Below, piece by piece: positions 1-21,055 of a DNA stretch of 64,000 nucleotides. The notes beneath the pieces are model-generated. The model searched no databases, was not told the origin of the DNA, and saw only the letters and a list, made by a program, of their open reading frames with translations. Numbering within the stretch: the first letter of the stretch is position 1; every line of letters starts with the position of its first letter. The stretch is from Salpingoeca rosetta (Eukaryota > Protista > Choanoflagellata), in assembly GCA_033442325.1 (NCBI GenBank), contig JAWQFM010000004.1, positions 1,622,316-1,686,315 on the forward strand. The letters run 5' to 3'. The position numbers and the translations under genes are program-made.

Positions 1-325
1 GGTTTGACTTCACAGTCCTCCTTGCCAGCTTGCTACCCACCAAGAAGCCGCACACACAGTGAAACAACCAGCGCATTCCCCCCTTCCACAAGTTCAACAG
101 AGCGTGACATCAGCGCAACTCCTCCCCAAAACGCCTGAACACCTCCCTCCCACACATCAACAACAACAACACAATAACAACAACAACAACAACACCAACC
201 AACAACTTAAACAACAACTCTACAACTACATCCCCCCCCCCCTTCCCCCACCCCTCCTTCACTTCCCCACCCCTCCTTCACTTCCCCCACCCCTCCTTCA
301 CTTCCACCCACCCCCTCCCTCCACC

Positions 326-3300
326 ATGCACCACCACCACCACGTCCTCCCCTTCCTCTTCTACGTTTTCCTCCTCACGTCTCCTCTCCTAACCCACGCC
401 CAGAGCACTTCGCTGACTGCGCCGACCAGCACGCTGCAAGGCTGCACGTGTGCCGCGCAGTGGACGACGGCAGCGTCTGGCTGCGACACCACCATCCAGA
501 TTGCGGGTTGTGGCCTTGTTGAGCCGTGCGGCGGCCCCACGCCAACTTTTCCCACCGGCTACCCGTACCCTCCAAACACCCACTTCTCCTCTTGGTGCAA
601 GCTTGAAGCTTCGTGCGGCGCATTCGCTTCCTTCGACTACTGCGATCCGAGCAAAGGCGTGGATCTCAGCGCACGCGGCCTCTCAAGTGTCGCCGGGTTT
701 CGTTTTGGACCAAACGTCACGGATATCAACCTGTCAAACAACCCCATCGACGACGCTTCCTTGTGCGACGCCCACTGGCCGCCCATGCTCGCAAGCATCA
801 AGCTCAACAACATTGGGCTGCAGAACCTGAGCTGCCTCGCATCTCTCCCTGCCGGTGTCTCCATCGACATGAGCGACAACGCGCTGGGTGACGAACAGCT
901 CTGTTCTGCCCGCTGGCCGGTTGCCTTGGACGCCGTCACGATTCAAAACGCCGGTCTCACCGCTACCGCCATGGCCTGCCTCGTGCACGCGCCCTTGCCC
1001 AACGACACCCGTGTGCTCAGCCTTGACAACAACGATCTTACCATTGTTGCAGATGCAGCACTGCCATCTCAGTTGCAGGTGTTGTCCCTCCAGAACAACG
1101 CCATCGCAGCCATCTCCCAGAACAAGTGGGTGTTGACGCTTCAGATCCTGCGCCTGAATGGAAACCAGCTCACCTCCATCGCCAATGCGTCGTGGCCCTC
1201 GTCCCTGAAGACGCTCCAGCTCTACGCCAACCTCATCTTGTCCGCCGATGGGCAACAGTGGCCGTCAACCCTCAACATCCTCGACCTCGAGGAAAACCTG
1301 CTCACCACCCTCGACAACCAAGTGTTCCCCACCGCCCTCACATACTTCTACGCTCGATACAACGCCATCACCAGCATCACCAACATCACTTGGTCGCCAC
1401 ACATGGAGCACCTGTGGCTCAGCTACAACCACATCTCCGAAATCGACACGCTTCCAGCGAGTGCCACAAACCTGCGCCTGCAGAACAACACCATCTCCAC
1501 CATCCATGGCGTTGCGTGGCCAGCAAACCTGCAGTATCTTCGCCTGCAGCACAACCACATCTCCTCTCTCGACGCCCAGCAATGGCCAGCTGCCCTGGTC
1601 TACCTCGACATCGAAGGAAACAACGTCACCACACTCAGCAACCAAGTGTTCCCCAGCAGCCTCAACACGCTCTATGCCCGATTCAACGCCATCACCAGCT
1701 TCAACAATATCACATGGCCCTCGCACATGGCCAGCCTGTGGCTCAACTTCAACAGCATCACCTCAATCGACACCTTGCCCGCCAGCGTCTCCCAGCTCCA
1801 GCTCAACAACAACAACATCACAACCCTGGCCGGAGCGCAAATGCCAGTGTCTGCAACAACCATTCTCCTCTACAACAACCGCATTCCCGACATTCCCGTC
1901 AACCTCACGTGGCCCGTCGACCTGGAGGTGCTCTCACTCAACAACAACGACTTGACGTCGCTGGACCAGCAAGCCTGGCCGCCCACACTCCAAACGCTCG
2001 AAGTCAACAACAACCACATCACCACCCTCGCCAATCAAGTGTTCCCGGACACCTTGGTCGCGTTTCTCGCAAGCAACAACAACATCAGCAGCCTCTTCAA
2101 CGTCACCTGGCCGTCACCGCACATGCAGTCCGTCCTCCTCGGCAACAACTCCATTGCACGCATCGACACCCTGCCTGCGAGCGTGGCAAACCTTGACTTG
2201 AGCGGGAACACCATCACGAGCCTCCAAAACGTGTCATGGCCTGCGGACATGATCGAGCTGTCTCTGCGAGATAATTGCCTCACCAGCATCCAAGGCGTGC
2301 AGTGGCCGTCAACACTGACCCTGTTGCTGCTGGATCACAATGACATCAGCGACATATCAGGACAGGCGTGGCCCCCAACACTCCGGGAGCTCGACTTGCA
2401 GGCCAACAACATCAGCAATCTCGACAACCAAACCTGGCCCGAGACCATCACCCGCCTCTGGCTGCGGCACAACCGTATTGCCAGCATTGCGTCTCAGAAG
2501 TGGCCCGCCGCCCTTGAAGTGCTGTACCTCTCCAACAACCGCATCGCCAGCATTTCCACCAACGCGTCATGGCCACCAACGCTCCAGTATCTCTACTTGC
2601 ATGACAACGCCATCACCCACCTTGGCTTGCAGCAGTGGCCCGACACGTTGCGCGACATCTTCCTGGACGAGAACCGCATCTCCACCATCGACAATCAGCG
2701 GTGGCCACCAAACCTGAACCAGCTCCTCCTTGCCAACAACAGCATCACCAGCGTCACGGGGCAGGTCTTCCCTTCGGGGCTCACTGTCCTGTTGCTTAGC
2801 GGAAACAACATCAGTGACATCAGCAACCAGCGGTGGCCACCATCGCTCGTGACGCTTGGCCTTGACCGAAACAACATCACCAGCATTTCCAACCAGACGT
2901 GGCCAGCAGGTCTCACGCTGCTTGGCCTCTCCAACAACACCCTGGGCCCCGACGGCATTGTCGGCCAGACATGGCCACCTGCGCTTGACGCCCTCTTCCT
3001 TGACTACACAGGCATCAGCAACATCTCTGCGCAACAGTGGCCGCGCAACCTGACCATGCTGCGACTCGAGCACAACAGCATCGCCGACATCAGCAGCCAG
3101 TCCTGGCCGCCGGCAGTGAAGGTGCTGCAGCTCTCTGACAACAACATCCAGAACATCACCGCACAGGCGTGGCCAGACACCGTCACCACGCTTGCCTTGA
3201 ACGCCAACAGCATCTCTACGATCGACCAGCAGGCGTGGCCCAAGGCGCTACAAATTCTTCGCCTGCAGCAGAACGCCATCACCTCCATCATCAACCAGCG

Positions 3301-6300
3301 GTGGCCTGAAGGCTTGCGGGAGCTGCAGTTGCACGAGAATGGGATCTCGGCCGTTGGCAAGCAGCAGTGGCCACAGTCTTTGGTGACGCTGTTTCTTCAC
3401 GCCAATCGCATCACAAGGCTGCCTGCTGGGCCCGGCGCATGGCCGCCAAGTCTCATTCGCCTCACCCTCCACAACAACACCATCGGCTCCATCAACGAAC
3501 AGCATTGGCCACAAACCTTGGAAAGCCTCGTGCTCGTGAACAATAGCATCACCTCCTTGCCACAACGGCAGGGCTATTGGCCCAAGCCGCTGCGAAACCT
3601 GCTGCTTGCCTTCAACTCCATCACCAGCATCGACAATCAGGTGTGGCCACGTGGTCTGGAGACGCTCTTCCTGCACCAGAACAACATCACGCAGCTGCCA
3701 GTTGGGCCAGACGTGTGGCCTCCGCGGCTGCGCGCACTGACTCTCGGCTTCAATGCCATTGCCAGCATCCAACATCAGCAGTGGCCACCCACACTTGTTG
3801 ACCTTGAGCTGCAGCGCAACAACATCAGCTCCATCCAAGGCCAAGTCTGGCCACCGCGGTTGACGGACCTGTGGCTGCATAACAATCCGCTCAAGTCAAT
3901 TGAAGGGCAGCTCTGGCCCTCAACCTTGGAGATTCTGCAGCTTGCCGCGACGCAAATCAGCAGCATCGACACCCAGGTCTGGCCGGCAACCCTGAAAGAG
4001 CTGCGCCTGAGCGACAACGCCATTGCACACCTGCCAACCACCACGGGCTACTGGCCACGCGGGCTGGAGGAGCTTGACCTCGGTGACAACGACATCGACA
4101 GCATTGAGGGCCAGCACTGGCCCGGCTCGCTGCGTAGCCTCTCTTTGTCCGGCAATAAAGTCCGGAGCATTGTTGGGCAGGCATGGCCGATGCGCTTGGA
4201 GCACCTGTTCCTGAGCGTCAATTTCATCCCCAGCATTGAGGGGCAGCCGTGGCCGCGCGGTCTGACTCGTCTCTTCTTGTCGTCCAACGCCATCACAAAG
4301 CTGGGCACACAAGTCTGGCCGCCTGGGTTGCTGGAACTCAACTTTAACTCGAACCAGCTGACCTCCGTTGAAGGCCAGTCGTGGCCGACAACCTTGCAGC
4401 GACTAGGCCTGGCAAACAACAATCTGCAGAGGTTCGATGCTGAGGCCCTTCCAAATGGCCTGGAGGACCTCACGCTGTTTTCCAACGACATCAGCGTGCT
4501 CGAAAGCACTCAGTGGCCTTCCAACCTGAAGGAGCTGGGCCTCAGCTCGAACCGTCTGAGCGACGTCAGCTCGCAACAGTGGCCGCCTTTGCTGTCTGTG
4601 CTGAACCTACGTGACAACAAAGTCTCCAGCGTGGATGGCGTGAACTGGCCTCTCGAGCTGCGTCTTCTGCTCCTTGACACCAACCGCATCACCAGCATTG
4701 CACAGCAGACGTGGCCCTCGACTTTGACCCTGCTCACGCTCGGCAGCAATCGATTGACGTCCATCGCCAGCCAAGTCTGGCCGCGAGCTCTGCTCACGCT
4801 GCGGCTGGACAACAACGCCATTTCTTCCGTGGCGAACCAAACCTGGCCACCCTCGCTGAAGACCCTGTACCTTCAGCGCAACGCCATCGCATTTGATGAC
4901 GACCCTGCTGTCAATGCCGCGTTCCACACAGCGTCATCCCTCACGACGCTTGACCTCTCCTTCAACGACATCTCCAGTCTGCAGGGGGTCGTATTCCCGG
5001 ATGCGCTGCAACGGCTTGCCCTGAGAAACAACCGCCTGACCACACTGACGCAGAATGTGCATTGGCCACCACAGCTGACGCGTCTCATTCTCGACGCAAA
5101 CCCATGGGAGGCGCTGATCAAGAACAACATCCACCTACGTGCTGGCGACGCCATTCCTGAGCTCACGCGTGGCCTCCCCTGCACCCTCGAGCAGCTCAGC
5201 ATCGAGCATGGCGTGCAGCCATGGAGCTGCAGCCGCCACACCGTTGCCGCTGACATGTGCGACGATGACATGGTTGGCAGCTGTAGTATTGCAGGCATCG
5301 GCAAGTGCTCGTGGCCTTCCAATAGCAGCGCGGGCGCCACGGCATTGATGGATATGATGTTGGCGAACGGCAGCACCAGCACCAGCACCAGCACCAGCAG
5401 CACCAGCACCAGCAGCACCAGCACCAGCAGCACCAGCACCAGCAGCAGCAGTAGTAGTAGCAGCAGCAGCAGTAGTAGTAGTAGTAGTAGCAGCAGCAGC
5501 AGTCACCGGCAACAACAGCCACAACAGCCACAGCAGCAGCACATCTGGTCGTGTGAACTGACGGAAAGCGGACAGGCGCTCGTGTTGGCGCAAGACGCCA
5601 GCCGTGAGGTGATTGCTGAGAAGCAGGAAGACCAGACAAACGTGTTCTACGGCGTTGTTGGCGGCGCTTTCCTGTTGCTGTTTGTGCTCCTGGTTGCGCT
5701 GCACTCCAGATTCCAAGGTGTGAAGCGCATCGCACTGGTGCTGTTGATTCTCTTTGATGTGGCCACTGACTGGGGTTTCTGGGGCCTGGTGTTGACCACA
5801 GACGACTTCCGAGACAGCTACCAGTGCGAAACATCCTTTCCAGTGTACCGTTGCGAGGGCGCGGGTGCTGGCTTCTCATGCGACAGCTATGGCGACTTGA
5901 AGAGCGTGTGCGGCGGCCTGCCGTTTGCTCCAGCAGATGCAACAAACGAGTGCGAGTGCAACAGCAACACCTGCTTGTCCGGGTTTGTGTCCTTTGAGGA
6001 AACAGGCAGCTTTGTTGTTGTTGAAGATGCGTGTGACTTGTCACTGGACACGGACGACACTGGATTCGTCAAGTTCCAGCTGCAGTCGTGCACGACTTTT
6101 GGGTCTCTGGACAATTTCGCCAACCACACCTGCGGTTACCTAAACGCCAACGACCCGAATGCAACGGGCAGCAGCGAGTGCGAGTGCTATGGCGGGCAGT
6201 GTCGCGTGGTGCCCGGTGCAAGCGGGACGTGCCGCGGGTTTTACGGCGGTAACTACGAGGCGCTGGTGTGGGCGGCGTTTGCCTCCGTCGTTGTCGGCAC

Positions 6301-6853
6301 CGCCATCGCCTTGATTGAGGCGGGTCGCGAATGGCAGAGCCAGCGCCGCGTCCGCGTCCACCTCACGTCCCAGCTCGCTGCCAGAGACGGGGGCCAGCGT
6401 GAGCAAGAGGCGCAAGAGGCACAAAAGGATCAAGTTGAGCAAGATGGGCAAGATTACATGGATGTGGTCGAGGAGGATGGGGGTGGTCAAGACGACAAAG
6501 GTGCATCGTTTGACATCGGAGTCCCGTTTGACGCCTTTGGTCAAGATCGGCAGGCTGGCGACGGTGGGTTGGAGCTGGAGCCTGGTGGGGGTGCTGACGA
6601 TGGAGATGGCGAGGAGGATGGTGGAAACGGGGATGACAAGGGTGACAAGGTCGACAAGGTTGACAGGGTCGACAGGGTTGACATTGTGCTTGGTGTCCTG
6701 AGGCTGTTCCTGGAGGACTTGCCGCAGCTAGGTGTGCAAGTGATCTACCTCACCGTGCTCGGGCAGGAGCACGAGCCCACGGCGATTCTGAGCCTCGTCG
6801 TGACCTGTGTCTCCATTGTGGTGACGACCGTGTGGATGATGAGACAGTTGTAG
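326..6853 (+). CDS. Intronless giant LRR cell-surface protein: signal peptide, Cys-rich FN2/kringle-like cap, ~65 22-aa QxWP-type LRRs, Ser/Thr linker, then 5 TM segments with XK/Xkr-like motifs
   Basis: In-frame ATG at 326 followed by a signal peptide (MHHHHHVLPFLFYVFLLTSPLLTHAQ). Repeat consensus QxWPxxLxxLxLxxNxIxxI. C-terminal hydrophobic helices contain FDVATDW and FLEDLPQLGVQ. Stop TAG at 6851-6853. Confidence 0.85.
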   Translation: MHHHHHVLPFLFYVFLLTSPLLTHAQSTSLTAPTSTLQGCTCAAQWTTAASGCDTTIQIAGCGLVEPCGGPTPTFPTGYPYPPNTHFSSWCKLEASCGAFASFDYCDPSKGVDLSARGLSSVAGFRFGPNVTDINLSNNPIDDASLCDAHWPPMLASIKLNNIGLQNLSCLASLPAGVSIDMSDNALGDEQLCSARWPVALDAVTIQNAGLTATAMACLVHAPLPNDTRVLSLDNNDLTIVADAALPSQLQVLSLQNNAIAAISQNKWVLTLQILRLNGNQLTSIANASWPSSLKTLQLYANLILSADGQQWPSTLNILDLEENLLTTLDNQVFPTALTYFYARYNAITSITNITWSPHMEHLWLSYNHISEIDTLPASATNLRLQNNTISTIHGVAWPANLQYLRLQHNHISSLDAQQWPAALVYLDIEGNNVTTLSNQVFPSSLNTLYARFNAITSFNNITWPSHMASLWLNFNSITSIDTLPASVSQLQLNNNNITTLAGAQMPVSATTILLYNNRIPDIPVNLTWPVDLEVLSLNNNDLTSLDQQAWPPTLQTLEVNNNHITTLANQVFPDTLVAFLASNNNISSLFNVTWPSPHMQSVLLGNNSIARIDTLPASVANLDLSGNTITSLQNVSWPADMIELSLRDNCLTSIQGVQWPSTLTLLLLDHNDISDISGQAWPPTLRELDLQANNISNLDNQTWPETITRLWLRHNRIASIASQKWPAALEVLYLSNNRIASISTNASWPPTLQYLYLHDNAITHLGLQQWPDTLRDIFLDENRISTIDNQRWPPNLNQLLLANNSITSVTGQVFPSGLTVLLLSGNNISDISNQRWPPSLVTLGLDRNNITSISNQTWPAGLTLLGLSNNTLGPDGIVGQTWPPALDALFLDYTGISNISAQQWPRNLTMLRLEHNSIADISSQSWPPAVKVLQLSDNNIQNITAQAWPDTVTTLALNANSISTIDQQAWPKALQILRLQQNAITSIINQRWPEGLRELQLHENGISAVGKQQWPQSLVTLFLHANRITRLPAGPGAWPPSLIRLTLHNNTIGSINEQHWPQTLESLVLVNNSITSLPQRQGYWPKPLRNLLLAFNSITSIDNQVWPRGLETLFLHQNNITQLPVGPDVWPPRLRALTLGFNAIASIQHQQWPPTLVDLELQRNNISSIQGQVWPPRLTDLWLHNNPLKSIEGQLWPSTLEILQLAATQISSIDTQVWPATLKELRLSDNAIAHLPTTTGYWPRGLEELDLGDNDIDSIEGQHWPGSLRSLSLSGNKVRSIVGQAWPMRLEHLFLSVNFIPSIEGQPWPRGLTRLFLSSNAITKLGTQVWPPGLLELNFNSNQLTSVEGQSWPTTLQRLGLANNNLQRFDAEALPNGLEDLTLFSNDISVLESTQWPSNLKELGLSSNRLSDVSSQQWPPLLSVLNLRDNKVSSVDGVNWPLELRLLLLDTNRITSIAQQTWPSTLTLLTLGSNRLTSIASQVWPRALLTLRLDNNAISSVANQTWPPSLKTLYLQRNAIAFDDDPAVNAAFHTASSLTTLDLSFNDISSLQGVVFPDALQRLALRNNRLTTLTQNVHWPPQLTRLILDANPWEALIKNNIHLRAGDAIPELTRGLPCTLEQLSIEHGVQPWSCSRHTVAADMCDDDMVGSCSIAGIGKCSWPSNSSAGATALMDMMLANGSTSTSTSTSSTSTSSTSTSSTSTSSSSSSSSSSSSSSSSSSSSSHRQQQPQQPQQQHIWSCELTESGQALVLAQDASREVIAEKQEDQTNVFYGVVGGAFLLLFVLLVALHSRFQGVKRIALVLLILFDVATDWGFWGLVLTTDDFRDSYQCETSFPVYRCEGAGAGFSCDSYGDLKSVCGGLPFAPADATNECECNSNTCLSGFVSFEETGSFVVVEDACDLSLDTDDTGFVKFQLQSCTTFGSLDNFANHTCGYLNANDPNATGSSECECYGGQCRVVPGASGTCRGFYGGNYEALVWAAFASVVVGTAIALIEAGREWQSQRRVRVHLTSQLAARDGGQREQEAQEAQKDQVEQDGQDYMDVVEEDGGGQDDKGASFDIGVPFDAFGQDRQAGDGGLELEPGGGADDGDGEEDGGNGDDKGDKVDKVDRVDRVDIVLGVLRLFLEDLPQLGVQVIYLTVLGQEHEPTAILSLVVTCVSIVVTTVWMMRQL
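5370..5503 (+). repeat. Coding (AGC/ACC/AGT)n tract encoding a Ser/Thr-rich stalk of the LRR protein
   Basis: agcaccagcacc... then agcagt repeats, translated STSTS...SSSS. Confidence 0.9.
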
Positions 6854-6960
6854 GGGTAAAGGAGGGGGGTGTGGAGAGTGGAAGGGGGGTGTTGGTTTGG
6901 AGTGGAGTGGAAGGTTGTTTGGTTGGTTAGTTGTGTTTTTGGATGTGTGTGTGTGTGTGT

Positions 6961-6991
<31 letters not shown>

Positions 6992-7410
6992 CAGTGACTC
7001 TATTCCTGTCGTGTCTTTGGTGAACTTTTCTCTCAGTCTTCTACTTCTCTATTTTTGTTTCTCCTCAACTTACCCCTCCGGTACTCCTCGGCGACGGAAC
7101 ACTGAGCTGCCGCTTGCCGTTGTCGTAGTGTAGTCGTCGTAGGTTTGGACAACAGTTGTTGTCAAAGCGCGCTCTCCATGAAGAAGGTGCCAATGTATCC
7201 TGAAGTCCTGAAGTCCTTGTGGCAGGCGCTTCTCTGCTTCTCTGCTTCTGCGCTTGTGACTTTGTGAGTTGTGTTGAGGTTTGAAAGGAGTGCGTGACGT
7301 TGACAAGTGGTCGTATCTTCATGTAGTTGTCAAAACCCTCCAAAACAGATCCAGTCAAGACGAAGAGCTTCTGTCATCAGGACGACCCAGACACTCACAC
7401 ACTCACAACG

Positions 7411-8790
7411 ATGTCACGCTTCTTTCTTTTCTTTTTCTGCTTGACCCTCACCCTTCTGATGGTGTCCTCGTATGTACTGCCTCATGTTCTCTGCAGTGCA
7501 CAAGCAGTCATTGAGGAGGATGCACTGGGCTCATTGCACATCAACACGAGTGACCCACAGCAGCAAAGGATTTTCTTGAATGGGATTGACGTTGATGCTA
7601 TGTTGCACGCGCAGCAACGCACCATCAACGCGTACCAGGAGCTGCTTTCCGCTCAGCAGAGCATGATCGAAGCGCAGCGCGACATGTTGCAAAGTCAGCA
7701 GCACACGATTGAAACTGTACAAGCCGAAGGACAAGCGCTGAGCCAACAACTTGCAGCGCAATTGACGACCAACCGAGACCTTGAGAGTAATGATGCTGTG
7801 CTTCGCAGGCGACTGTGCGCCAATGGCGTGGCACCAAAGTCAACCACATTTAAGGTTGGCACTAACGCAAACCCAGAATGGTTTGGAGCTGTTGTCGGTC
7901 CGGATGGCCTCATCTATGGGATCCCGTTTCGATCAACGTCTATTCTTATTGTTGACCCCGTCACCCACACCGCAAAGAAGAGCGGGCACTTCACGGGTGA
8001 CTTGAAGTGGGCGCATGGCGCTGTCGCCAACGGTCTCATCTTCGCGTTCCCATTCAAGTCGTCTGCTGTCCTCATCATCAACCCAAGCAATGGAGCTTTG
8101 ACGACTGACACTTCGAGCATTTCTGGGCTTCCAGGGAACAGCAAATGGTCCGGTGGTGCCTTGGCGCGTAATGGGCTGATTTACGGCACACCATGGAACG
8201 CGGCGTCGGTGCTGATCATCAATCCGAGGACAAGAACAGCAGATACAACCTCGATTTCTGGCCTGGGAGGTGCCGAAAGCAAGTGGCATGGCGGTGTGGT
8301 GGGACCCGATGGTCGCATCTTTTGCGTTCCGTTCAATGCCAAGGCTGTTTTGATCATCAACCCAAAGTCCAATGTGGCCGATACCACCTCGCTTGCTGGT
8401 CTGGGATCCGCCACTTCAAAGTGGTTTGGAGGAGTCCTTGCTCGTAATGACCTCATCTACGGAATTCCTGCAGGCTCACGGTCGGTGCTGATCATAAATC
8501 CCAAGTCGCTGACAACCAACACAGGAACTATCAGCGGGTTACCAAGTCTCGGAAACAAGTGGCACGGCGGGGTGCTTGCCTCCGACGGCCGCATTGTGGC
8601 GATGCCGTTCACCGCACAATCGCAATCCGTTCTCATTATCGATCCTGCCACAAATACCGTTGATATGACTACGTTCACTGGTTACCGCGAAGGCGGCAAA
8701 TGGAAGGAACCTGTTCGAGCAAGCAATGGGTTGATCTACGCTGTTCCCTACTTTTCCAGGAACGTTCTCGTTTTGGATCTTGGCTGCTGA
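7411..8790 (+). CDS. Intronless secreted protein: signal peptide, short beta motif, Gln-rich coiled coil, 7-bladed beta-propeller
   Basis: ATG 7411 starts hydrophobic MSRFFLFFFCLTLTLLMVSS. Heptad Q/L-rich segment. Seven repeats of (K/E)WxGGxxxx(D/N)GxIYxxPxxxxSVLII(D/N)P. Ends LGC-stop. Confidence 0.8.
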   Translation: MSRFFLFFFCLTLTLLMVSSYVLPHVLCSAQAVIEEDALGSLHINTSDPQQQRIFLNGIDVDAMLHAQQRTINAYQELLSAQQSMIEAQRDMLQSQQHTIETVQAEGQALSQQLAAQLTTNRDLESNDAVLRRRLCANGVAPKSTTFKVGTNANPEWFGAVVGPDGLIYGIPFRSTSILIVDPVTHTAKKSGHFTGDLKWAHGAVANGLIFAFPFKSSAVLIINPSNGALTTDTSSISGLPGNSKWSGGALARNGLIYGTPWNAASVLIINPRTRTADTTSISGLGGAESKWHGGVVGPDGRIFCVPFNAKAVLIINPKSNVADTTSLAGLGSATSKWFGGVLARNDLIYGIPAGSRSVLIINPKSLTTNTGTISGLPSLGNKWHGGVLASDGRIVAMPFTAQSQSVLIIDPATNTVDMTTFTGYREGGKWKEPVRASNGLIYAVPYFSRNVLVLDLGC

Positions 8791-8810
8791 AGTGCTGACT
8801 CAACCTGTTA

Positions 8811-8872
<62 letters not shown>

Positions 8873-9230
8873 TGTGAGTGTGTGTGTGAATGAGTGAGTG
8901 AGTGAGTGAGTGAGTGTGTGTGTTTGTGAGAGAGAGTGTGTGTGAATGAGTGAGTGAGTGAGTGTGTGAGTGTTGTCGATTTTGCACCCTTCATGATTGG
9001 CGTCACTTGCACCCGAGACTGAACTGTTCACGCAATGTGACGAGCTTTACTTTCTTCAATCGCAAATCAAGACACAATGGCACTCTTGGCCAGTGACGTG
9101 ATCAAACAAGTGCGGCTGGCTCTCAAGCCATGCCTGGGCCAGACAAACACACATACACGTACGAACACACACACACATACACACACACACCGACAACCAA
9201 CACTGCAAAACATCTCAACAGAACGGCTTG

Positions 9231-13150
<3,920 letters not shown>

Positions 13151-13464
13151 CGTTGCTGCATGTTGAGCATTGCCACCTGCTGCCATCATCACCGTCATCC
13201 TCGTCATCCGCCGCAGTGCAGAAAATCAAGGCAAATCATTCACAACTCTTCCCAAATCCAAATCCCGAACAAGCAAACAGGCAAACAAACAAGAGGGTGT
13301 GTGTTTTTGTTTTGGGTGTGCGTGTGCTTGTGGGTGTTGTCCCCTGCTGTGGTTCCACCTGCATCCAATCGCTGTTGGCGTGTGTGGTGGAAGCAGTGAG
13401 TCTATCGATCACCCCGATCAATCAGCCAGCCAACGGCTGAGCAAGGAAGCCTGTGGCACCAGCC

Positions 13465-19927
<6,463 letters not shown>

Positions 19928-20516
19928 CCGTGTCGCCACGTGCGACAGACTGATACAAGACCCTTGCTTCCCTGATTTTTGTGTGACCGACACTCCGTAC
20001 TTCTTTTTGATTGACCCCTTGTTGCGTTCACTTCCCTTTGCATTAGTTGCATTTGTTACAACCAATCCCTGTGTTCTTCCCCCTCTTCCCGTTGCCTTTT
20101 CATTTGTTTCATTGTTACTTGCCCTCTGTTCTCCTTGCCTTGCGTGGCCGGTTCACGCACCCTTTGCTTCCCAATGCTGGCAGATGGCTGTTGGGGGCGG
20201 GCGGTTGTGAGTCGGACACACAAGTCGTGTGCGACAACAACAACCACCTCCCCAGGCCTCTCGTTCATCACTTTTGCGACACCATGAATTGCCGTTGAAT
20301 AGAATGTTAGCGGTATCAACCGATATTTTTCCACAATCACAGGCAACGCCAACGCCGACAAACCGTGCTGCTGTGATCGTTCGTGAGGTTGTGTGGTTGT
20401 GGTCGCACTCACGTCAACAGAGTCTTCACCTCTCCGAGTGAGACCTTTGATTCGCTCGCTCGTTCAGGACACAGGAACAACAACAGCCAAAAACAACCCA
20501 CTCGACAGCCGTCACG

Positions 20517-20959
20517 ATGGACGACGTCGAGCAGCTCCAGCAGCTCTCGCTGGTGTCTAAAGTCGTCACCGAGCTGGAGAACAACTGCGGCATCTCCGAC
20601 CCTTCACTCGGTGCGTCGTGTGCTGTGCGTGAATGTGTTTGTGCGTGTGCGTGTGGATGTGAATGTGTTTGGGTGTGTGTTTTGTTGTGTGTGTGTGTGT
20701 GTGTATGAGTACATGTGTGTGTGTGTGTGTGTTGTCCCTGTTTCACGTGCTTTTCTCTCAGCGCGGCTGTCCTTTCTCGAACCTTACTTGTATTCACGCT
20801 TGTTCATGCTTCTCCAACTCCAAACAACAGCCGAGTTCCTGATCCATTTGGCCGGTGAACATGACAACGCAGACAGCTTCAGGCAAGCCCTGGACGACAT
20901 GGACGGCGGCCTGGATGTAAGCGCTACTGCACGGTTGAATGTCTCGTGCTTGATGCGAG

Positions 20960-21055
<96 letters not shown>

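Noticed and set aside
242-320. ~20-bp C-rich tandem repeat partly complementary to the G-rich sequence after the LRR stop (possible mRNA end pairing or G4)
   Set aside because: Low-complexity matches of about 9 bp are expected by chance
59-325. N-terminal 89 codons of the 2264-aa ORF
   Set aside because: GTG start and CAA/C-rich low complexity typical of 5' leaders here; the ATG at 326 is followed by a signal peptide
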